A DNA stretch of 64,000 nt from Octopus sinensis. Taxonomy: Eukaryota. The notes below the pieces were generated by a model. That model made no database searches. It was not told the origin of the DNA and saw nothing but the letters and a program-made list of their open reading frames with translations. Shown here in pieces: positions 26,440 through 39,790 of this stretch; the first letter of the stretch is position 1; each line of letters begins with the position of its first letter. The stretch spans positions 25,358,001-25,422,000 of the forward strand of contig NC_043012.1 in assembly GCF_006345805.1 (NCBI RefSeq), in the 5' to 3' direction. The position numbers were made by a program, and so were the translations under genes.

Positions 26440-28240
26440 TTTTTAAAAGATAAACACAAAACGAGGTATTAAACCTCTTACCATTTTTCCATTTTTGGAC
26501 TTAGCAGTCCATTATTAATACAAAACGAGTATTAATCCTCTTACAATTTTTCAATTTTTGGACTTCAGTCCATTACTAATAATACATATCGTCCTCGAAA
26601 TAGCTTGTGCCCGCGCCCTCCACCATCAACCACGCCTCCCTCAGAACGTAGTCAAGTTCCGAGTTCGCGTCGCCCGGGACCAAGTTATAATCTCATTGAG
26701 CTCCTTTAGCCCTAGCGTCACGTCGAACGCCACGGCCTCCACAGCTACCTGCGGAGGCCATTCGGGGTCCTGTGTGAAGGCTAAAGGTGCTCCCTGTAGT
26801 GCTCTTCCATCACTTTTTCAATTTCTCCTCCTCTATAGAAGAGGACCAATACATTCAGTTCTTTCGTTGCGGCACAGTTTCCGCCAACGGTATTCCTTCT
26901 CTTGTCGGTGGCACAACCCCAACCGACGTAGTTCCGCGACATTCCGGTGCTACACTGACAGCCGGTAATGTCCCGTTTTTCTTCCTCTTTTTCTTTTTTT
27001 TTTTTTCCCTTTTCAACTGAGGGAGGGTGCGTCTCCTCCGTGGCTGGAAGATTCGCCTTCCTCTCCCTCATCCTTATTATCCTTTGGTGAGCACCCATTG
27101 TTGTTCACCTTCCTCTTTCGGCCTCTGTTTGAGGAGTCTCTCTGCTTTCTCGGCCGTTATCGTTCCCTCTTCTAGAGGGGTTTTACTTAACTGTTCCGGG
27201 ATCCTATTTTGTTCCCGAGGACAGTCTTCTTTATGTGGCCGGACTCCAAGCACCGATGACACTTAGGGGGGCGACCCTCAAGCATCACCGGGTACCTGCA
27301 CCCGGCCATTTTCAAAAAATCTGGAAGAACCGATTGGCTGATTGGGTCCACAGGGTCAAAATTGCTTTTGACCCAACCCAAGCAGCCGCAGGAAGAACTT
27401 TTACATTGAGGAGCTTAGTTTCGCTGTCACCCAGACCCCGGCGGATAGTCTCCTCTATCCACTCGGGTTCTATTTCGGGTGGCAGTCCGAGATCCAAGCT
27501 TTCATCAATTTCTTTTTTTTGTACGTGGGCAGGAATAAGATTTCCTTACCCTCCAAGGGTTTGCTAGCAAATTTGCAAGCCTCTTCAGGGGTGTCAAATA
27601 GCAACCACAACCGTTGCATATTTGGCACCCCTGGAAATGAATTTAATTGTTGGCAAATACTCTTCCAACTCCTTTTCAATTGCCGTCTTTTCGAATAGGG
27701 CGATGGTGTCAAGTGCCTTGGAGTAGGTTCTCAACACCACCGTCCTATCTTCACGGTCTTTTAACCACTTTTTAGGTGGTATGATTTCCCACTCCAAAAT
27801 TTTGTTATTTTTCATTGCCATGTTTTTTAAAAAATATATTCAAATTAAACTCAAAAGCAGGAAGAAAAAGTTCAAAAGTCCAAATAAAATTTGATAGATT
27901 TTTGAAAAAACAAAAAGGAGAAAGCACAACAGAAGGGAAGAAATTAACGGAAGTCGCAATAATAAAAAAAACAAAAGGAGGGGTTAAATGAAGTTCAAAG
28001 AAATTAATAAACAGAAAAAACACAGCAAAATATCTGGCCTTGCGGTACTCCCGGCCTGGGTTGAACCTGGAACACCGCAACTGCAACACAACCTCCACAA
28101 AAATGGTCCGAAAGGTAATCCAATATGGCTTATTTTTATAATTTTCTTGCGAAGTAGTAAAACACAAGCAAACAATTAATTTTTGCGGAGGGGCTACGCC
28201 TCCTCAAAAAGCACAATTCTCACTAAAGAGTGAGACCTTA
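26440..28240 (-). mobile_element. L1/Tx1-like non-LTR element remnant with ORF1 only (gag-like zinc knuckle)
   Basis: Frameshifted ORF pieces 27821 to ~26600, including LEGRPPKCHRCLESGHIK(K)DCP (CX2CX4HX4C). No endonuclease or RT ORF follows. Confidence 0.7.
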
Positions 28241-28639
28241 GACACGACAACAGGCAGAGAAATATATCTGAAGTAAAGTGAAGTTTATTACCCGCAAAAA
28301 AATATTAATGCTAGATAACGTTAACTGCTAAATAACATTAAGCAAGCAATAAACTTCACTATGCTTCTAAAAATACAGAACGTCTTACCTGTCGCCGAGT
28401 CAAAAGTTCAACATTTCACGTTCAAACACGTGACATTTGCGGGAGCAAAAAACAACACGTCTGTCTGGTAAGAAGCTACTTACCACACAACCACTCCTAC
28501 TCCTATATACTGAAAAAAAAATCATAAAGGTATTGATGGGAAAAGCACATGTACGCATATGATTATATATAGTCGTATACAAAATTAAATATAGCAATGC
28601 TTCGATTATCACGTGTGTTACGTTCCAACACCCCCACCC

Positions 28640-28820
28640 CCGCGATAGGTGAAAATCCGCGAAGTAAAACAGTATTGTATTATATATATCTTTTAAAATT
28701 ATTTTCCTAATTTGTAGCTATTTATTTTATTATAAATGCATAACAACACCACTAAGGAATCTACGTAAGCTTAAATAATAAACCGCGATAGGTGAATCGC
28801 GAAATGGCAAGGGATTACTA
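28640..28820 (+). mobile_element. Tigger/pogo-like MITE 3' remnant
   Basis: Two CCGCGATAGGTGAA motifs; terminal GGGATTACTA|TA resembles a Tigger-type TIR with TA target. Confidence 0.55.
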
Positions 28821-28925
28821 TACGTACACGCAAACACGCTTTTCAGGTACTTCGTCACTTTCATCAATGGTTATTTAATTGTTTGGTCAATTGAAATACA
28901 TACGACATATTTATATCATAATATC

Positions 28926-29475
28926 TAGCACGCCGGGCTAAACGCTTAGCAGTATTTCGTCTGTCTTTACGTTCTGAGTCGACTTTGCCTTTCATCCTTT
29001 CGGGGTCGATAAATTAAGTACCAGTTACGCACTGGGGTCGATGTAATCGACTTAATCCGTTTGTCTGTCCTTGTTTGTCTCCTCTGTGTTTAGCCCCTTG
29101 TGAGTAGTAAAGAAATAGAAATAGGTATCGCGTCTGCCGCTACGTTCTCAGTTCAAACTCCAGCGAGAGGTCGACTTTGCTTTTTATCCTTTCGGGGTCG
29201 ATTAAATAAGTACCAGTTACGCACTGGATTCGATATAATCGACTTAATCCGTTTGTCTGTCCTTGTTTGTCCTCTCTGTGTTTAGCTCCTTGTGGGTCGT
29301 AAAGAAATGGGTATTTTGTCTGTCGTTAGATTCTGAGCTCAAATTCCACCGAGGTCGACTTTGTCTTTCATCCTTTCAGGGTCGATAAATTAAGTACCAG
29401 TTACGCACTGGGGTCTATCTAATCGACTGGCCTCCTCGCCAAACATTTCGAGCTTTGTGCCTAGTGTAGAAAAAA
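28926..29475 (+). mobile_element. SINE family A trimer
   Basis: Partial head plus three bodies, ending in tail2 TTGTGCCTAGTGTAGAAAA. Confidence 0.9.
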
Positions 29476-29943
29476 TATTAAATTTTCAAAGAATGTGCCA
29501 AGGTCGACATTGGCGCAAGGTCGATTATATCGATATTACCTTTCGTCTTTTCCGAATCGATAAAGTAACTACCAATTTACACACTGGTTCAAATTAATCG
29601 ATTAATCCACATCACCCACGAAATTGCTGGCCTTGTGCCCAAATTTGAAATCTATATTTAAATGGCTCAGTATTGTGAGGTCAGGGGTAATTTTGATTAA
29701 CCCATCAGGGCGAAAGAGCTTGACACACTATGTGAAAAGGTTTCTGATTTAAATTTCGTGAATAAACCTTCAGGACTTAGCAGTTTTATTCATTTCATAA
29801 AGTAGAATAGGAGAAAAGAGACTCGGGGAAATGCCAAGATGTAGGATCGAACACGGGTGTTAGGAATGCCAAGGACACAATTTCGTAACACCTTAGCAAA
29901 CTCCTTGAGACACATACAAAGGAATGGAGAGATAGAAACAAAG

Positions 29944-29978
<35 letters not shown>

Positions 29979-31089
29979 AAAGGTTAGACGCATACACTAA
30001 CACCAACATATGCACATGCACACACACACGCATGCGCAAAAAAATGCATTGTCACGTGAACACATACCATCACACATAGGCACGCAGACGTTCGCTGCAG
30101 AGCGAGATACATGCATATATACACAGAGACACGTAGACCGCCTACTCATACAGCGACGCCAACGCAAAGATTGCGTTGATTCCTCTAGGATAGGGATGGT
30201 ATCTATGTGTGCTGCAGTATTTGGGCTATCAATAGATTTCCAAAAATAGAATATCGATCGATTTAAAATCCCATCGTAACAAATTGCTATTATATCGAAG
30301 CTAGGCGTGTCTGCTAGTAAATCATGCGGCACTGCCTACGTGGATACGCACATGCACATACCATACATACAAACATACATACATACAAACGTAAGTACGT
30401 ACATACATACCTACATAGAAAAAATAAATACATACGTACGTACATACACATAAGCGTATGTATATGTGTATGTATGTATATGTATGGGAACAGGAATGTG
30501 TTTGTATATGTGCGCGTAAGTAAGTAGGTGTGATTGCTACTGCTGCGTGGGTGAGTGCGTGCGTTTAGTGTTTGAGCTCTTCATATCCGCCTCAGATATC
30601 TGGGAGTGTACTATGTACATGCCTATTTTCTATCTACCAATTTCTTCATCTAGTGATATAGCTATTCATTTATATGCCTACTTCTCTACTTATTGACGTA
30701 ATTCTATGTGTATGTGCTTGTATATCCGTATACATTTACACACATATACAAGTGTATATATTCAAATACTTTATACGGATATGCACAATACGTGAAGTGA
30801 GTGGAAATTAAGCGTTTAAAATTATGACATTACTCATTTGTATATATTTAAGTGTCACAGTGTGCACGTGTCTCTCTCGACGAAGGGAGCACGTATATCT
30901 TCTCAGACATGTAAGTTATATATGTGAATGAGTGTGAGCGCGTATTACTGATTTGCATAAAATTTCATGCAAAACGTACATCCCAATCTACAGACTCTCA
31001 ATTGCGGTCCGGAGGTTGTCTCCCCTTTTAGTATACAGAAAATGTGCTTTCTGTGGTTCTTTGGCTCATATTTCTAATAATCTTTTCTA

Positions 31090-31480
31090 TTCTAGGCAAA
31101 AGGCCTGAAATTTCTTGGGGTTTGGGGCCAGTCGATTAGATCAACCCCAGTACGCAAATGGTACTTGAAATATTGACTCCATAAGGATGAAAGGCAAGGT
31201 GACCTCGGTGGAATTTCAACTCAGAACGTTAAGACAGACGAAATATCGCTGAGCATTGCCCCCGGCGTTGCTAACATTTCTTCTTTCTTTATTGCCCACA
31301 AGGGGCTAAACATGGAGGGGACAAACAAGGACAGACAAACGGATTAAATCGATTACATCGACCGCAGTGCGTAATTGGTACTTAATTTATCGAAACTGAA
31401 AGGATAAAAGGCAAAGTCAACCTCGGCGGGATTTGAACTCATTTCGCCCGGCCTGCTAACGTTTCTGCCAGCTCCGCCTT
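31090..31480 (-). mobile_element. SINE family A dimer
   Basis: Same modules as the other family A copies. Confidence 0.85.
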
Positions 31481-31579
31481 GTATTTCTCATAATGCTGAT
31501 ACTCGCTTCACGCTGCGTCACATTTTCGTTACGGTGAATTATTTCCTTTTTGATTTTGAAATGAATCTAACCACATTTT

Positions 31580-31940
31580 GTATGTCTGTGTGTGTGTCTG
31601 CGTGTGTGTGTGTGGGTGTGTGCGCTTGTGTGTGTGTATGTGTGCGTGAGTGCGTTTGTTTGTGTCTGTGTGTGTGATTGTTTGTGCGCGTGTGAGTGCG
31701 TGTGTGTCTGTGTGTGCATGTATGTGTGTGCACGTTTGAGTGTGTCTGTGTGTATGTGTGTGTGTGTGTGTGCGCGTATGTGCGCACGTGTGTATGCGTG
31801 CGTGTGCGTGTGTCTGAGTGTTTGTGTGCGTGTGTCTGCGCGCGTTTTTGCGTGTGCGTGCATGTGTGTGTGTCTGTGGAGGTGGGTGTTTGTGCACGCG
31901 CGCACGTGGGTGCATGTGTGTGTGCGTGTGTGCATGTGTA

Positions 31941-31978
<38 letters not shown>

Positions 31979-31980
31979 TC
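31580..31980. repeat. Degenerate (GT)n/(GC) alternating purine-pyrimidine tract
   Basis: Directly visible. It explains the CV/HT-rich ORFs. Confidence 0.9.
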
Positions 31981-32269
31981 AGATTGTTGCTAGCTACATT
32001 CAATCCAGTGAAACCTGTTCTCCAGCCTTCTCTTCGCTCACTAAACAGGAAATGACTCCAGGGTAACTCGCTGGGGAGGGCTGATTATAGCACAAGATAG
32101 AAACAATACGTACCAAAACCATAGAAAAACAGAGCAGACGTTGTTACAACAATTATCCAGCAGATCAGAGTGACCTTCAAAGTCATTCTTGGTATCTCAG
32201 CATAAACAGATTCCTGATATTGTAGTAAAATATACCTCTTGTTAAACAATGTCCTTAAATGTTATTCTT

Positions 32270-32535
32270 TTCTCTTCTAGGCACAAGTCCAGAAATTTTT
32301 TGGGGATGTGGTCCAGTCGATTAGACTGACCCCAGTACGAAACTGGTACAAAAATTTATCGACCCCGAAAATTTTAAAGGTAAAATCGATCTCGGCGGAA
32401 TTTGAACTCAACGAAAAGTCAGACGAAATACTGCTAAGCATTTCGCCTGGCATGCTAACGTTTGTTTTCTAGTGTAGGCAAAAGGCCTGAAATATTTGGG
32501 TAGGGGGCCAGTCGATAAGATCGACCCCAATACGC
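32270..32535 (-). mobile_element. SINE family A fragments
   Basis: Core and tail2 modules abutting the mariner fragment. Confidence 0.8.
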
Positions 32536-32539
32536 AACT

Positions 32540-32864
32540 GCGTGGTTTGCCAAGAACAGATCCTGTTTTGAGAGATTTGCTGTGGATAGCATAAATTGTG
32601 CTACGCGTTGGAGCAGTGTGACGGCCATAGAGCTTCTCAACCTTGCGATGAGCTGCAGTAAGGGACTGAAAAACTTGTTGCCAGGCAGCAATTTTGCAAC
32701 ACTGTTCTAGCCTCAATTGGCGAGCAATGGGCAAGGGAATGATACACTCACAAAACCTACAAAGCCTAAGGTGACAAATGCTGATGATGTCCTCACATCT
32801 CTCCGAATGATACCTGAAACGAAATAGAGAAAAGAAAGTGTATAGTGAATTTTCGGACACCTTG
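32540..32864 (-). mobile_element. Tc1/mariner 5' remnant (TIR plus N-terminal HTH, DUF4817-like)
   Basis: TA|CAAGGTGTCCGAAAATT terminus. Translation LEQCCKIAAWQQVFQSLTAAHRKVEKLYGRHTAPTRSTIYAIHSKSLKTGSVLGKPRS resembles the mariner N-terminal HTH (..P..STI..I..KF..TGSV.D..R). Confidence 0.7.
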
Positions 32865-33032
32865 TATATATATATATATATTTTGAGATGCAGCAGGGAT
32901 TTTTGTCAGTGAACAGGTCGCGGATTTTAGCGACGAAAATATTTTGACAAATTAAACTTAAATGTTGAAGTGAATCGAACGGCTTTTTGTGTGTTTCTTA
33001 AATGGCTTATAAACACCTTCCATGCTGCAATT

Positions 33033-33069
<37 letters not shown>

Positions 33070-33615
33070 TATATATATATATATATATATACATACATAC
33101 ATACATACATTCATTCATACAGATAAGTTTATGTTTGTGTGTACAAGTAGTAAGGGGCATATGCAATCTTTTGTATGAATATTTTCATACTGTATAGAAA
33201 TGAAATCATCAAACTTCTTCACTTCACAACGAAACACCTGTGCTAAATCGTTAAAAGTTCATTTGAACACTGAGTTTCAATCAGTGAGTGAGTTACTAAG
33301 CCGAATAGAATTCACAAATATGGATGATTCTTATCAGGAAAAATACTCTGCTGCTCGAATGTTTTCGGAAAGAATACCACGATGTTCTTCTCTCGTCAAA
33401 ATGAAAGACAAAGAAATCTTCGACGACGTCGTGTAGTGTTTATATGAATATGGTAAAGGGACAAGAAATAATTGCGGTGATGTCAAGACCTTCCTTCTGA
33501 TCGTAACACGCTTCCGGGTCACTACAACGATTCATTAAACTCTGTCTGGACAATGCTTTGTTTGCTCTCATATCTTGACTTTTATTTTACGGAGGAATAA
33601 TAGAACACTTGGACG

Positions 33616-33683
<68 letters not shown>

Positions 33684-34339
33684 CAAACATACACATGTCC
33701 ATATAAATATACATATGTGTGTGAGTTGTGTGCGCGTGTATGTTTGCCTGTGTACCTGTGTGTGCATATTTACATACATATGCAAATGCATACACACACA
33801 CACACACATAGATGCATATATGTATACTCATATATATAAATATAACTATTGTACAATAACTATTCTAACCCTTTCCCCTCTCTTTATCCTTCTTTCTCTG
33901 TCCCCCTCTCTCTCCCCTCTCTCCCCTTCTCACTCCTCCTCTCCTCCTCCTCCTCCTCCTTTTCTTACCTCTCTATATGTGTACGTATATGTATGTGCGT
34001 ATGTTTGTATAAATATTTATGTTCACAACTGGTTTCACAATAACAATTGCCAATTTGCTGAAAAGTAGAAGAAATTACGAACGAATTTTCTCTGATAAGA
34101 ATGCAAATATTTCTTGAAACGGAAACGATCGGTTGACATTTCCAACGAAAAGATATATGAATAATGTATATTCACCATTGGTAGATACACGACCATATGA
34201 GGTGAATGATGAGCCAACAGTATTTTAAACTTCAAGTGAAAACGATTTATACCTCTGTGCTCTGGGTATTCAGTCCCTCCGTCAATATATCTGTATGTAT
34301 CTATACTTATTCTCAATGTTCCTTTAAAATAATAGTTTC

Positions 34340-34870
34340 AGGTTTTGCCACAAGGGCAGCCATTTTGGGGGAGGGAATTAGTTAGTGTTTTACTGGTATT
34401 TAATTTATCGAAGCCGAAAGGATGAAAGGTAAAAATCGACCTCGGCGGAATTTGAACTCCGGACGTAGCAGCAGACGAAATACCTATATCTTTACTACCC
34501 ACAAGGGGCTAAACATAGAGAGGACAAACAAGGACAGACAAAGGATTAAGTCAATTACATCGACCCTAGAGCGTTACTAGTACTTAATTTATCGACCCCG
34601 AAAGGATGAAAGGAAAAGTCGACCTCGGTAGAATTTGAACTAACAACTTAACAGCAGACGAAATACCGTTATGCGTTTTCCCCGGTGTACTAACGATTCT
34701 ACTAACACGCCGCTTTTGGGTTCTTTAACATAATTGTTTCTAGTCTAGGCACAAGGCCTTGAACATATTGGGGTAAGGGGGCTAGTCTATTATATCAACC
34801 CCAGTGCGTAACTGGTAATTATTTCATCGACACCGAAAGTATTAAAGGCAAAGTCAATCTCGGCGGAATG
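34340..34870 (-). mobile_element. SINE family A cluster (dimer plus an extra tail2-body)
   Basis: Repeated core modules. Confidence 0.85.
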
Positions 34871-34979
34871 TTCCTTTAAAATAATAACCCTCATTTAACA
34901 TGTTAAGCCTAGATTAAAGTTACGGAAGTATTTCATGAGTTTTGTACGTGTTATTTCAAGTAAAACATTGCTATTAGTG

Positions 34980-36270
34980 GGTATGACAAGGAGAGCGTCG
35001 TCCCTAATTAGGCCAGCACGATGAGAACTCATTCGCAAGGCAATGTAGAATGCAGATTCCTAGAACGTCGGTAACCTGGGCCGAGTTGCTGGACCCAATG
35101 GCTATATCAAAATTACCAAGGGTGTCGCTTCTCGTCAACAGTCTACTTTCAAATTCATTTATAGTTCTTATAGCCAATAGAGCAATTTCAGTCGTATCTT
35201 TAGTAATAGATGTGAAGTTTCTTGCAAGCATTAGGGCCTTATTTAGGAGTATGGGGGATATACTTGAATAATATGCATTTATATAGAATTCAAGGAGCGA
35301 GTACTTCTATTCTCTAACGATATAAACCAGGGTACGACTTCCTCAGTATTAGACCATAAATTAAGTTTAAGTTTTGGAGTAAGTTTAGGTATGATCTTAT
35401 CTAGGATAGACTTACTAAGCCGGCTGATATCCAGTCTAGTAGGGCATAGGGGTCTAAGAGAAGGTATTTCGTAGAAGCGCTCTCCTTGTGGTCTTTCAGA
35501 GTAATCCGAGGTTCACAGGGTGAGATGGGTTCAGTTATATCGAATATATTAAGAGACGCTATGATTTTCTTCGCTTTAGAGTTCAACCTTTTTAGGGTTC
35601 TCCCATTGGTAACTTTGTACTTAGCATTTCGTTCTGGGAGTATAAGGGACCTATATGTGTTATAATCGATCCTCTATATGTTTCCTGTTTTGACTACCCG
35701 TACAATCATTCTACGTTCGGTTTTCAGATGTTTGATAAATTCCCGGAGCTTTCTTTCGTATGGGTTATTTCTAAACGGGTGGTTCTTAAATTTAACATTA
35801 GATATCATCTTGAAGATGTTATTTTCAAATCCTTCTAGTATTTGGCTGGGTGTTGGATTTCTTTAGCAACGGAAAACCTTATTCAAGTTGCTGTCGCGCT
35901 CGCTTGTTCTGTAGTTATTAATTTTGGCTTTATGCTTAAGTTCCCTGTGATATGCCTTCCGACTCATCGGTTCTAAGTATGAGAAGGCCTATGGACAAGT
36001 CCTTGCTGTAGATGGGGGATATCCTTCATTGAGAAATTAACTATGACCTTAGAACTCGTTGAACAATGGATGATGTAACTCTTCAGTATTGTAAAACTAA
36101 GAATTGTCTGGTTAACGACTGCCAAACTTGGTGCAGAAGGAAATCGGTCATTTTCTTCTTATAATAATCTCATATGTGTTGAAGAGATATTCCTCAACGT
36201 TGTTGGTAATTAAACCAGTGAAATTTCGGATATAATAATCCCTTATAAGGATAAGATAGCCTTGCATTGA
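34980..36270 (-). mobile_element. Penelope-like element: degenerate N-terminal region and RT
   Basis: EPRITLKDHKE; LDKI...LNLWSNTEEV.PWF; FDIAIGSSNSAQVTDVLGICILH (cf. FDVTMGSFDGAE.CELVG.YIL); GLIRDD (YRDD motif). Stops and frameshifts present; no GIY-YIG part. Confidence 0.85.
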
Positions 36271-36303
<33 letters not shown>

Positions 36304-36319
36304 GTATATATATATATAT

Positions 36320-36353
<34 letters not shown>

Positions 36354-36778
36354 TTGATTCATTAACAAAAGGGAAAGAACACAAAAACGTGAGCGAACAA
36401 CAAAGAAAGCGCTCAGGGAATATGAACGAATTTCTGTTTCATACCGACGCTCTTCAATATAAAGGGAATGAAGGTAGAAAACAAATGGAAAGAAGAAAGA
36501 AAACGAATGCATATACATACAAGCATACATGCATATATGTGTGTGTGTTGAGGAAGAGAAATAGAGAGATATAAAAAGAGGGCGAGAAAGAGAGATAGAA
36601 GTGCGGGTTGAGATAAAAACAGTTTGTTTTTTTCTCCTCACACGAATGAAAGTATGAATAAAAGACAATTCCAAATAGTTGCAGTCTTCAAAACAACTTA
36701 TACATTTGCTTCAATTGTGAAACGGAAGGACCTGAAGTTATAGAACACATCGCAAATACACTTCACATGCACAGTACA

Positions 36779-36810
<32 letters not shown>

Positions 36811-36954
36811 CACACACATACACACACACACACATACTCACAGGCACTGATATATATATAACTATATATGTGTATGTGTGTAGGTGTGTGTAGATATTTC
36901 TACATAATATTTTATATCAGTGCATCTCCTCTTTACAGTATAATAATTAATGAA

Positions 36955-37200
36955 TGCGTCCTTTTAAAGCCTAGCCAGGCTCATGGGCTTGGTTTCCCGG
37001 TTTCAATGGCGTATGTGGTCTCCAGCTGGACGAGACGCCAGTCCATCGCAGCGTTACTCATTTTTGCCAGCTCAGTGGACTGGAGCAACGTGAAATGAAG
37101 TGTTTTGCTCAAGAACGCAACGCGTCACCCGGGCCTGGAATCGAAACTACAATCTTACGGTCATGATGCTGACACCCTAACCACTAAGCCACGAGCCTCC
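36955..37200 (-). mobile_element. tRNA-derived SINE family C copy
   Basis: Minus-strand head GGAGGCTCGTGGCTTAGTGGTTAGGGTG...GTTTCGATTCC. Confidence 0.85.
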
Positions 37201-37644
37201 ACTCTTTACAGTATAGTAACATATTTTTACGTGTTTCCGAGCTTGTTTCAAGTGAAATGCGTTGTCTCTGTGAAAACAAATGCATTCTGGCAATCTTTAA
37301 AAAATATTTCCATTTTCAGTTATTGCATTATAAATTTTAGATTAAGGATTAAGAAATGGATTAAGAAAGAGATCTTTCTTTTGCATTTACCATTGGTGGA
37401 ATGTGTCCGCATTTGATTTATGATTCCTACTTTTCTACTTTTATTTTTTATTTCTATTTTTTTTAAATTCTTACTTATTCATTTTTTGGGTGTTCTTTTG
37501 ATATTAAATTATTTTTCTTTCCTCATCTTTGCTTTTTGAGAGAAATAAGAAAGTGAGTTGAAGCTCTGTTACGTCAGTTTTTTGTTGCATAATTTAGAAT
37601 TCTGCTTTGTGTATTATTTAGAATGCGAAATAGTTTAGAAGAAT

Positions 37645-37975
37645 GAGGGAGAAAGAAAAGACAAAATTTGGAAAGGAAAGAGAAAGAAAGAGAGAGAGAA
37701 AGCAAGAGAAAGAGAAAGAGAAAGAGAGAAAGCAAATGAAAGTGGATGAGGAGGAGAGAGAGGGAGAAAGCAAGCGAGAGAAAGAGAGAGAGAATTAGAG
37801 AAAGAGAAAGAGAGAAAGCAAGCGAGAGAAAGAAAGAAAACCAGCGAGAAAAAGAGAAAGAGAGAGAGTGGGGAGAAAGAGAAAGTAAACTAGAGAAAGA
37901 GAGAGAGAGAAACAGACAGAAAGCGAGAGAAAGAGAAAGACAGAGAATGACTGAGAGAGAGAGAGAGTGAGAGTG
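37645..37975. repeat. (GA)n/(GAAA)n polypurine tract
   Basis: Directly visible. Confidence 0.9.
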
Positions 37976-38145
37976 GGTGACATAGAAAAAATAAAGCAGA
38001 GAATATAAAACGAGGAGGAGAAGGAGGCTTACTTAAAGTTTAAAATCAAAGTTAGAATTAGTATTTTTAGCGTTAGTATTAATTAATTGAAATATTCACA
38101 CCAGATGTGTGTAGTCTTCCAGAAGTGCTTTGTCAAACTGTCAAA

Positions 38146-38590
38146 GTAAGAAGACGAAAACGAAGAAGAAGAAGAAGACGATGAAGAGACGAAAGAAGGT
38201 GAAGAAGAAGAAGACGAAGAAGAAGAGGAGAAGAAGAAGAAGAAGAAGAAGAAGAAGAAGAGAAAAAGAGAAGAAGGAGAAGAAGAAGAAGAACGAAGAA
38301 GAAGAAGAAAAGAGAAGAAGAGACAAAGAAAGAAAAAGAGAAGAAGAAGAAGAAGAAAAGAAGAAGAAGAAGACGAAGAATAAGAGGAGTAGAAGAAGAA
38401 GAAGAAGCAAAGAAGAAAGTAAGAAGAAGAAAAGGAGAAGAATAAGAAGAAGAATAATAAGAGACAAAGAAGAAGAAGAAGAAGACAAAGAAGAAGAAGA
38501 AGACAAAGAAGAAGAAGAAGAAGAAGAAGAAGACAAAGAAGAAGAAGAAGAAGAAGAAGAAGAAGAAGAAGAAGAAGAAGAAGAAGAATG
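38146..38590. repeat. (GAA)n-derived polypurine tract
   Basis: Directly visible. It explains the K/E/R and F/S ORFs. Confidence 0.95.
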
Positions 38591-38739
38591 GAAAGAAGTA
38601 GAGAAGATTGAATTTAGTGGCAATCTTCAAGGTTTTCTATAACTCGCAGTAAAAATAGTGAATTGGTGTGAAGATAATAGCATCGGGGAAAGTGTGTGCG
38701 GGGCTGAGATCTATGGAACTGGAATATTTTTTTGTAGTG

Positions 38740-39140
38740 GTCACAGCGCGTCTTCGTGGCTTAGTGACGTCTCTGTTCTACTCATTATGCTAAGTTCGTA
38801 GATTCGATTCCCCAAGCGAGCAGTTTGTTGTCGGTGTCGCTTTCCGTCGGTTACGACGGCGAGTATTCCAGTCGATTCCATCAACACAAGCTTATGTAAT
38901 TGGCGTGCAAGTGGCTGAGTACCACACAGACACGTGTATCATTAATGTAGTTGTCAGGGAAATTCAACGTGACAAGACTGGCTCTTTGACTTACAACTGC
39001 GACTCAGTTTTTTCCAGCTGAGTCGACTGTAGAAATGAGAAACAAAGTGTCTTACTCAAGGACACAACGCATGACCAGAAATCGAACACATGACCTTACG
39101 ATCATGAACCGAATTGCCTAGCCGCTAAGCCGCGTGCCTT
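38740..39140 (-). mobile_element. Diverged SINE family C-related copy
   Basis: Shares the GTGGCTGAGTAC..CACAGACACG, ACAAG..TGG and CAAGGACACAACG modules with 12060-12370. Confidence 0.7.
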
Positions 39141-39659
39141 ATATACGTGAGCAAAACATTTCATTTCGCGTTGTACCAGTCCATCAGCTGTAAATCAGTT
39201 CCAGCAATAGCTAGGGAGTTAACTCTCCAAAGCGCCAGCGTCCTTCCAGGGGCGAACTTAGGGATCTTAGTCCGTTATATGCCGAGGAACACAAGGTTAA
39301 GTTACATTTGATTAATCCTTCAAAGCTCATTGCAGACAAACCTCCAGAATCCCGGTGTGTTCCAGCATTCAAGACATTTGGCACCTCTCTTGCAAACACT
39401 TATAGAAACGTTTCCAGTGGAATGTCCTACAGATTGTTTGTAATTCTCAGACAAAAGGTGAATTGGGAGATTTCAGTCGTTGATTGTGAAATAATTTAAT
39501 GAGAAATCTAATTTTAAATATATGGTTCTCGAAAGTTGGAGTGAACAGATTAATAATCATATTTAGCAGCGTTCTTGGACTCAGACTACTAAGATTATAT
39601 CTCAGATTATCTGTAGAGAATAATTCTTAACACGCGCCATATATCACACGTGCCACCAA

Positions 39660-39790
39660 CCCCTGCTGGAGCCTCGTGAAGCTTTAGGTGTTATCGCTCA
39701 ATAAACACACACAACGCCCGGTCTGGGAATCGAAACCGCGATCCTCCGACTGCGAGTCCGCTGCCCTGACCACTGGGCCATTGCGTCTCC
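39660..39790 (-). mobile_element. SINE family C 5' part
   Basis: Minus-strand GGAGACGCAATGGCCCAGTGGTCAGGGCAGCGGACTCGCAGTC...GTTTCGATTCCC. Confidence 0.88.

Noticed and set aside
28940-29420. Ribozyme inside the SINE A repeat unit explaining the multimers
   Set aside because: No CUGANGA/GAAA core or convincing HDV-like fold found on either strand by eye.
36380-36480. Possible decayed hammerhead in a Penelope-like LTR fragment next to the PLE RT
   Set aside because: The core is too degenerate to draw the fold.
39190-39500. GC-richer unique segment with short ORFs on both strands
   Set aside because: No recognisable motif and no consistent splice frame.
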